Shown one piece after another: positions 42,064 through 48,090 of a DNA stretch of 48,090 nucleotides. The stretch lies in NCBI GenBank assembly GCA_051439505.1, contig JBFRWI010000219.1:1-48090 (forward strand), written 5' to 3'. The DNA is from Hormoscilla sp. (GTDB lineage Bacteria > Cyanobacteriota > Cyanobacteriia > Cyanobacteriales > Desertifilaceae). The position numbers and the translations under genes are program-made. Every line of letters begins with the position of its first letter. The stretch's first letter is position 1. The notes under the pieces were generated by a model. The model saw only the letters and a program-made list of their open reading frames with translations. It had not been told where the DNA came from and ran no database searches.

Positions 42064-42351
42064 AGTTTCGCGATCGATTGTCGGGCACATTCTACCTATG
42101 AAGTGATAATTAAAAGATGGGTATGACCAACCATGTTTCTTGTTCAAAGCGGGTTGATGGCACAAATACATGCGATCGTTAAATATATGCGATCGCCCAT
42201 TAACCGCCGGGGCACGGCATTAGGTAATTTTCGGGAAGAGTGTGAATTTTCTGATGCCGTGCCCCTACCACAGATGCGATCGCCCAATATATGCGATATA
42301 CAAATACATGCGATCGTTCTATATTATTCACTACAAACGGGCTCCGGACTA

Positions 42352-42798
42352 CTAGATTTCACATTCAGCAATCAAAGCTTCCACACTTTCAGGAAAGACT
42401 TCGTTTACCACCATCTTGTGAAAAACAGCATAACAGTCTTTCTTATCACCTTCCTTGCGGGGATACCCCAGCCAAAGAATGACAATTTCCTTCCGTTCCC
42501 CCTCTTGAAATACCCGAAAAAATAGTCGGTAACGACTGGATAACCCCATGCCTTTGAGACGTTTATAGTCCCGCAAATCACCCCTTAAGGCAAAACGAGG
42601 CGCGAAAGGATCGGAGAGAATATTTTCTAGATACGCCTGCCTCACAGCTAAGAATAACTTGACCTGCGGATGGGAGAGATATTCCGTTTCCGTTAATCGC
42701 CCCCTTAACCGATTAGCATTGCTCATTAAATCCTGTCGCTGTTCCTGGAAAATTGGATGAAACTGGACGTTCCACCCGTTACAAATGAGATTACTCAT
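42352..42798 (-). CDS. YhaV-family type II toxin (RelE-like RNase)
   Basis: NGW...HP.F, KLF..V...I..DP....F.L...L....R.K...RYRLFFR...I.ILWLG..RKEGDKKD.Y.VF.KM. Confidence 0.85.
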   Translation of the reverse strand: MSNLICNGWNVQFHPIFQEQRQDLMSNANRLRGRLTETEYLSHPQVKLFLAVRQAYLENILSDPFAPRFALRGDLRDYKRLKGMGLSSRYRLFFRVFQEGERKEIVILWLGYPRKEGDKKDCYAVFHKMVVNEVFPESVEALIAECEI

Positions 42799-43159
42799 CC
42801 TCTTCGAGATCCTCCTCGTCGTAGTCTAATGTCACCCCCTTTAACAGTTCATCTTCTTCTGCTTTCATTTCCTCAGTGTATGTCACCAGTTTATCGGGAT
42901 TTTTTAGCACATCTTCCATGATAAAATCCAGAAACATGCGCATCATAATTGGATTTTCTTCCTCATCATTATTCTCTGCTTGAGCTTGCATTTCCTCGGA
43001 TGTAACTAACCGCACTAGCAGGGCCTTCTCCGACAAAACCTCTACTTTCACTACTGCATTCGCCCATTGGGGATTTTCCTTGTAGAAGGAGTCGGGCAAA
43101 CGCACTCCTGGCGGTTTGCTTTTGCTTGATGATACTGAGTATAGCGTTATTTCTCCCAT
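42791..43159 (-). CDS. PrlF/AbrB-like antitoxin
   Basis: G.RLP..FYKENPQ, acidic tail, P.MM.MFLDF...D....PD.L..YT; overlaps the toxin start by 8 nt. Confidence 0.75.
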   Translation of the reverse strand: MGEITLYSVSSSKSKPPGVRLPDSFYKENPQWANAVVKVEVLSEKALLVRLVTSEEMQAQAENNDEEENPIMMRMFLDFIMEDVLKNPDKLVTYTEEMKAEEDELLKGVTLDYDEEDLEEDE

Positions 43160-43312
43160 AATCTCTCTTCCCTGATAACGGCGATCGGCTAATACTTCTT
43201 CATTTTAACATAGCAATTACCGATAATCAACTATAATCTGATTTTAGATATCCCGCAGGAAGTCAAATCATTAAGGTGGGCAGTGCCCACCCTACGGGGA
43301 ATTATAACTTCA

Positions 43313-43472
43313 CTGCGCCCCCATTATATTTGAATGCTATGGCAGGGAGGCGGGCCTATGTCGATGTTTGCTACCATCAGGTTTATGCTCAAATGCAGCA
43401 GTAATTAGACCGGCTAATCCAAGATGTCAGCAATCAAGCAATCTACAATCAGTCCTGAAGTTTCGCGATCGA
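43313..43472 (+). pseudogene. Degenerate third copy of the acyltransferase 3' end
   Basis: Aligns to 40830-40999 and 41907-42077, with an 11-nt deletion and a GAA-to-TAA change. Confidence 0.9.
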
Positions 43473-43557
43473 ACTCTAAACGCTAAAGCGTTTACTACGA
43501 ACTCTAAACGCTAAAGCGTTTACTACGAACTCTTGAGCGTTTAGCGTTGACTACGAA
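43471..43557. repeat. 28-bp tandem REP (TCGTAGTAAACGCTTTAGCGTTTAGAGT on the minus strand), about 3 units
   Basis: Two perfect units and one degenerate unit. Related CTTTAG-loop hairpins at about 41128-41151 and 47841-47890. Confidence 0.85.
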
Positions 43558-43561
43558 GGGT

Positions 43562-46018
43562 TTAATTGGTAGAGTAATACTCTGTTTTACCGTAGACGCT
43601 AATGATGCTGTCACCAACTTCAAAAAATGTGCCCTGTTCTTCCTGCTTCGAGAACTTTAAGTTGCTATATTTAGCACTTATTTCTCCCGCAGTCTGGGCC
43701 ACCGCATTCATTTCATCTGGCAGCAGTCCTGTCGCCCCGATGTAAAATACTAAGGGCGAAATTTTATCTCGGTACAGCTGTTCTACATGCCCATCGGTCG
43801 CACTCTTGGCCTCAGTCAAAGCTGACACCAATTCCTCTTTATCAACTTTTTCCGAATTCCCCTTGACTGGCAATATTTCTGCCAAGCGATCGGCACCCAC
43901 CTGCGATAAAATAGCTGCCAGGATGCCATTATCTTCCAGTCCGAGAAAGTCGTCAAATATCCCCCGCATTAACTCATCTACTTTTGTCACTTGCATCCGC
44001 CGAGAAAGGGTCCTATGTCCCACCACTACATCTTCATCCAATATCCCAGCAAAGGTGGGTTTCTCCAACTGTTCTCCCGTCTCTTCCCGATAAACTTCAT
44101 ACATCCTGTCCAGGAACCTATTCGCTGAATATAGTTTACCCAAATTCAGGATATCTCGGTTCCCCAGATCGATCTTGTAGCTGACTCGCGCGGAAACCTC
44201 TCCTCGCACGATCGCCTCTTGGAAGTCCGAGTATGCTGTGGTTGTCGGGAAATTTATATTGAGATGCTTGGACAGATAATTGGACTTCAATTCTGACAGT
44301 TGTTCCGGCACATAAACATCTGATTTACCCTGCAAACAAGCGGATATTATACTAGAGATAACTTTCAGTTTTGCCAGTCGATCGAAGACTCCATCCATAC
44401 TACTAGAAGGTGGCGTCAAAGGCACGAGAGGCAGTGCTTCTAATTGGATGTCGTACTCCGCACGAAAGTCAAATTCTGCTGCATCTAGTAAACCCCGTTC
44501 TTTCAGCAAAGCAAATACCTTTTTATTGCTGAACTTAACCCGCAAAGACTTGACATTCAATTCCCCATCGCTTACAATAGTATAGTTATTGTATTGCTTC
44601 AGGTCAGTAGTCAGGACTCCTGCCACTTCCGTAACCTCGGTTCCCGACTCCCCAGATGCAACCAACTTCACGGGTCGGGTCAGTAACAGATTAATTGTCG
44701 CCGTATTGCGATTAATCTCAAAGTCTCCCATCTGCACGTACTCGCAGTCAAAAATTTCTGCTGTTTGCAAAGAGGGTTTGACTAAATTGCCCTGCTTGTC
44801 TCGTTGGCCCGGAATGCGCTTAATTCCCCGCCTGGTATAGTCCGACTGCAACTGCTTCAAGTTGAGGATAATGCTGCTTTTGTGGGACTGCAAAAGGGCG
44901 ATCGCCTCTAGCAGCGATATATTCTCATTCACGGAAACTGCCGACAAAATTTCATGGGACTGCAATACTTCGGGGTTAAAGATTGCCCGATCGAGGTCTC
45001 GTGCCATGGCCATAATTTCTCCATTAGTTAAAGCTTTGGCATGTTTTGCCGTTAAAGTGCCATCCCAGGTACTGGCCAAAGCATACTTTGCCGTATTCAA
45101 CTTTCCTTCAGCTAAATTAGCTTTAGCAAAAGCAAACACCGCCCCATCTGTCTGCGCCACTGGGACATCCGTTAGGCGATCGTACTCTGCCTTGGGAACT
45201 TGACGATACTTGTAGAACAGGCCATCATCATCCGACTTCAATCCCAGGATTTTCAGGCCACCGGCGGCCCCATTAATTTTCTTCGCCCTGCCCGATACAA
45301 ACACCTGATAATCATTTTCTTCTGACAAAGATTCTGACAGCATGATGGTGGCAACGGAACTCAGCAGCATGCTATTGTAAAGAGCATCGTAAATCTCTTT
45401 AATATTACCAGCTTTTATGCAGGTTCCCGACAAGCTATTGGCAATTTTGGCCAGCAGTTGATAATTGGCCTCCTCGGAATAAGCGATCGCGTTGACAAAG
45501 ACATTTTGCTGTTGCGAGTAAAGATCCGCGATCGCATTTGCTGCCGGACTGGGACTATTACCGTTACTATGTAAAGTAATAGCAGTCAGTTCTTGCTCTC
45601 GCAGCAAACCGCGAGCAACTGCCATCGCCTCCAATATACTGGCATCACCTTGGGCCTGGATATTTTGAACTTCCTTTAGGTAAGGAGAGTCCGGTTCCAT
45701 TAAAGAGGCGATCGGCACTCTCTGGAAATGACATGTTACATCTCCTGGGGAGGCAGAGGAAATCAGAGAAACCACCAACTGCAAATTGCTGTATTCTTCT
45801 AAGGTCAACAATTTAATCAGAATTGTTTTTAACGATTCCATCTCCCGGTCCATAGATGCCGAGCGATCGACGATAATGATACTGTGAGCCACCTTTTGTC
45901 CCCGATCGTCCGGTTCGAGTTCAGGTTGGTACCGGTCCACAAGATAGTAAGCTGTTTCCTGACCCGCCAAGTTATAGAGAATAAACTTGGTCTGGAAATT
46001 AGTTGATTTTTCTACCAT
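43562..46018 (-). CDS. VWA-domain protein with a long uncharacterised C-terminus
   Basis: HSIIIVDRSASM (MIDAS DxSxS), VFVNAIAY, LLAKIANSLSG; AAGGAG RBS before ATG 46018. Confidence 0.8.
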   Translation of the reverse strand: MVEKSTNFQTKFILYNLAGQETAYYLVDRYQPELEPDDRGQKVAHSIIIVDRSASMDREMESLKTILIKLLTLEEYSNLQLVVSLISSASPGDVTCHFQRVPIASLMEPDSPYLKEVQNIQAQGDASILEAMAVARGLLREQELTAITLHSNGNSPSPAANAIADLYSQQQNVFVNAIAYSEEANYQLLAKIANSLSGTCIKAGNIKEIYDALYNSMLLSSVATIMLSESLSEENDYQVFVSGRAKKINGAAGGLKILGLKSDDDGLFYKYRQVPKAEYDRLTDVPVAQTDGAVFAFAKANLAEGKLNTAKYALASTWDGTLTAKHAKALTNGEIMAMARDLDRAIFNPEVLQSHEILSAVSVNENISLLEAIALLQSHKSSIILNLKQLQSDYTRRGIKRIPGQRDKQGNLVKPSLQTAEIFDCEYVQMGDFEINRNTATINLLLTRPVKLVASGESGTEVTEVAGVLTTDLKQYNNYTIVSDGELNVKSLRVKFSNKKVFALLKERGLLDAAEFDFRAEYDIQLEALPLVPLTPPSSSMDGVFDRLAKLKVISSIISACLQGKSDVYVPEQLSELKSNYLSKHLNINFPTTTAYSDFQEAIVRGEVSARVSYKIDLGNRDILNLGKLYSANRFLDRMYEVYREETGEQLEKPTFAGILDEDVVVGHRTLSRRMQVTKVDELMRGIFDDFLGLEDNGILAAILSQVGADRLAEILPVKGNSEKVDKEELVSALTEAKSATDGHVEQLYRDKISPLVFYIGATGLLPDEMNAVAQTAGEISAKYSNLKFSKQEEQGTFFEVGDSIISVYGKTEYYSTN

Positions 46019-46286
46019 ATTTCTCTCCTTCAGTAAAGAGTCTAGCACTTGACACAACTAGCCGATTTCAGGTAAAATCGGACTTCTGCTGTTTTACCTC
46101 TAGATCTAGTATAGCGAATGTTGATGTTTTTGTCAACATTAAGGAAAAGATTTTTCTCAGGGCCCCCCTCACGCCAGTCACCAGTCACGATTAATTAGCT
46201 TTTGAGAAACTTGACACTGTATGATATAGTGATATGCAGGTAAAACACAAAGAACCGGTGAAGAGAAATCTCGCTAAGGAGGAAAG

Positions 46287-46913
46287 ATGGTGATGATGAA
46301 AGCAAAAGACATTATGACCGCAGAGGTGGCCACGATTCGCGGTTCGGCGACAGTGGCAGAAGCAGTGAAACAGATGAAAGAGAAAGGTCTGCGGGCCCTG
46401 ATAGTCGATCGGCGCGAGAAAAATGAGTCGGACGCCTACGGCATGGTCACGGAGACAGACATTGTATACAAAGTAGCAGCATTCGGCAAAGACCCCCAAA
46501 AGATGCGGGTTTACGAGATTATGACCAAACCCTGCATTGTGGTCAATCCCGATCTGGGGGTAGAATACGTGGCCCGGTTGTTCGCCCATACGGGCATCCA
46601 CCAAGCACCGGTGATCGCGGGGAAACTGCTGGGCATCATCTCCGTAACAGATATTCTCACCAAGGGCGACTTCGTAGAAAAACCGAAAAGTGTAGCCCTG
46701 GAGCAAGAAATCGAAAAAGCGATCGCCGAAGCGCGGGCGATATGTAAGGAGAAAGGGGCAACTTCTAAAGAATGTGCAGTAGCTTGGGATATTGTCGAGG
46801 AACTCCAGGCAGAGGCGGCCCATCAGCGGGCCGAAAAGCTGCCCAAAACCGCCTTTGAGCAATACTGTGAAGAGCACCCAGAGGCAGCGGAGGCGAAAAT
46901 GTACGATACTTAA
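46287..46913 (+). CDS. CBS-CP12 fusion protein
   Basis: Two CBS domains, then ARAIC...SKECAVAWDIVEELQAEAAHQR...YCEEHPEAAEAKMYD. Confidence 0.93.
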   Translation: MVMMKAKDIMTAEVATIRGSATVAEAVKQMKEKGLRALIVDRREKNESDAYGMVTETDIVYKVAAFGKDPQKMRVYEIMTKPCIVVNPDLGVEYVARLFAHTGIHQAPVIAGKLLGIISVTDILTKGDFVEKPKSVALEQEIEKAIAEARAICKEKGATSKECAVAWDIVEELQAEAAHQRAEKLPKTAFEQYCEEHPEAAEAKMYDT

Positions 46914-47021
46914 GATCAACTCCAATTGCCCATCAGCTAGGATCTCAATAGTTCGATCGGCATCTGGCGCGATCTGCTGACGAGCCAGGGGCTTGCTGAA
47001 AAAGACCTTGAGGCGGATGAT

Positions 47022-47831
47022 ATGGATGCTGCGGAGCTAAAACGGCGATATGCGGCGGGAGAACGGGATTTTTCTCAAGTTTCCCTGACTCAAGCCGATC
47101 TCCATCAGGCCAACCTCTGTGAAGTAAACCTGAGTCGAGCAAAACTTCCACTTGTATACCTGAGTGGAGCGAATTTGGGTGGGGCAAAACTCCTACATGC
47201 ATTCGGAAAGGGCGCAGATCTCAGTGGAGCAAACTTGATCAGTGCCGACTTAACCGAAGCTTGTCTGATCGGAGCAAACCTGTCTGAGGCCAACTTGCGA
47301 GGAGTAAACCTAGAGGGGGCCAACCTGAATGAGGCCAACCTGAGTGGGGCATTCCTGAGTGGGGCCAACCTGAAGGGGGCCTGCTTGGGGAATGCCAAGC
47401 TGATTGAGGTTTGTCTGACGGGAGCGATTTTGGAATGGGCAAACATGACCAGCGCCAACCTCTCTCAAGCTACCCTCAAAAAGGCTTCCCTGGCTCATGC
47501 GATTCTCAGTGGGGCAATTCTGGAAGAGGCCAACCTGTCTCAGGCCGACCTGTCTCAGGCCAATCTGATGGGAGCGTCCTTGGTACGAGCATCCCTGATC
47601 CGGGCATCTCTGCGGTCGGCTTTCCTGAGTGGGGCCGATCTGCATGGGGCCGATTTGCAGGGCGCAACTCTGTATCGGGCACATCTAGATTGGACAAACC
47701 TGAGGGAGACCAACCTCAAGGAAACGGTCTTGATTGATACAAACTTGAGTTTGTCAAACCTGCAGGATGCTAAGTTGTCAGAGGCCAGGCTGACTGGGGC
47801 AACCATGCCAGATGAAACGGTTCACAATTAA
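47022..47831 (+). CDS. Pentapeptide repeat protein
   Basis: MDAAELKRRYAAGERDF start, A(N/D)Lxx repeats, GATMPD end. Confidence 0.95.
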   Translation: MDAAELKRRYAAGERDFSQVSLTQADLHQANLCEVNLSRAKLPLVYLSGANLGGAKLLHAFGKGADLSGANLISADLTEACLIGANLSEANLRGVNLEGANLNEANLSGAFLSGANLKGACLGNAKLIEVCLTGAILEWANMTSANLSQATLKKASLAHAILSGAILEEANLSQADLSQANLMGASLVRASLIRASLRSAFLSGADLHGADLQGATLYRAHLDWTNLRETNLKETVLIDTNLSLSNLQDAKLSEARLTGATMPDETVHN

Positions 47832-47920
47832 ATAGGTTTGATCGTGGCGCACTTTAGTGCTTCAGGGTAAGGACTAAAGTCCGCCACGATCGAACAATCT
47901 ACAAACAATGGTCTATCTGT

Positions 47921-48090
47921 TTACTCCTGCCAGGGAGCGACCTCTAAGGCTCCAAAAGGCGAGAACACTACTTTGAATTGAGTTAATGGCTCGGTGGCAT
48001 TGTCAGAAACTAATTGGGGGAGGGGAATTTCGGTGACAAAGCTATCTGCGAGTTCATTGACGGGTTCGTAGGAGGCGATCGCCCCATCCG
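47921..48090 (-). CDS. 3' end of a conserved cyanobacterial protein (DUF4335-like C-terminus), partial
   Basis: Manual translation DGAIASYEPVN...PLPQL...EPLTQFKVVFSPFGALEVAPWQE*, stop at 47921-47923. Confidence 0.6.
   Translation of the reverse strand, partial: DGAIASYEPVNELADSFVTEIPLPQLVSDNATEPLTQFKVVFSPFGALEVAPWQE

Noticed and set aside
43471..43557. Possible CRISPR array (28-bp palindromic repeats)
   Set aside because: The units are directly adjacent with no unique spacers, and no cas genes are present. It is a tandem REP.
46191..46925. 244-aa antisense ORF, and similar shadow ORFs over groEL, pip, the WD40 region and the pentapeptide gene
   Set aside because: They fully overlap well-supported genes on the opposite strand or frame and have no recognisable motifs.

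Overview
This is a chromosomal window from a filamentous cyanobacterium, probably Oscillatoriales-like (inferred from the very frequent HIP1 octamer GCGATCGC, groES-groEL with CIRCE and K-box, CBS-CP12 and pentapeptide-repeat genes). The backbone is housekeeping: pip, groESL, a mannose-1-P guanylyltransferase, an ABC1 kinase, ubiD, dacB, ilvB, a PAS histidine kinase and a ferrochelatase-like gene. Accessory material sits between these genes: a tandemly duplicated HTH/PIN toxin-antitoxin pair next to a coiled-coil/TPR/WD40 protein, a PrlF-YhaV pair bracketed by a duplicated acyltransferase 3' end, three orphan TA-associated genes (UPF0175, DUF4926, frameshifted Panacea) each bracketed by REP-like repeats, a Zn-ribbon/NYN/LOTUS-like fusion, and several pseudogenes. 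The intergenic DNA carries at least six REP-like families and four MITE types with visible TIRs and target duplications. The strongest unexplained signals are: (1) unrelated hairpin stems enclosing loops of nearly the same size (33-37 nt), most with a shared GAT(A/T)A-like motif; (2) one REP core carried inside three different MITE shells; (3) single small genes packaged between REP pairs. No transposase/RAYT, cas gene, tRNA or rRNA was seen. All family assignments come from recognising motifs by eye, not from database searches.
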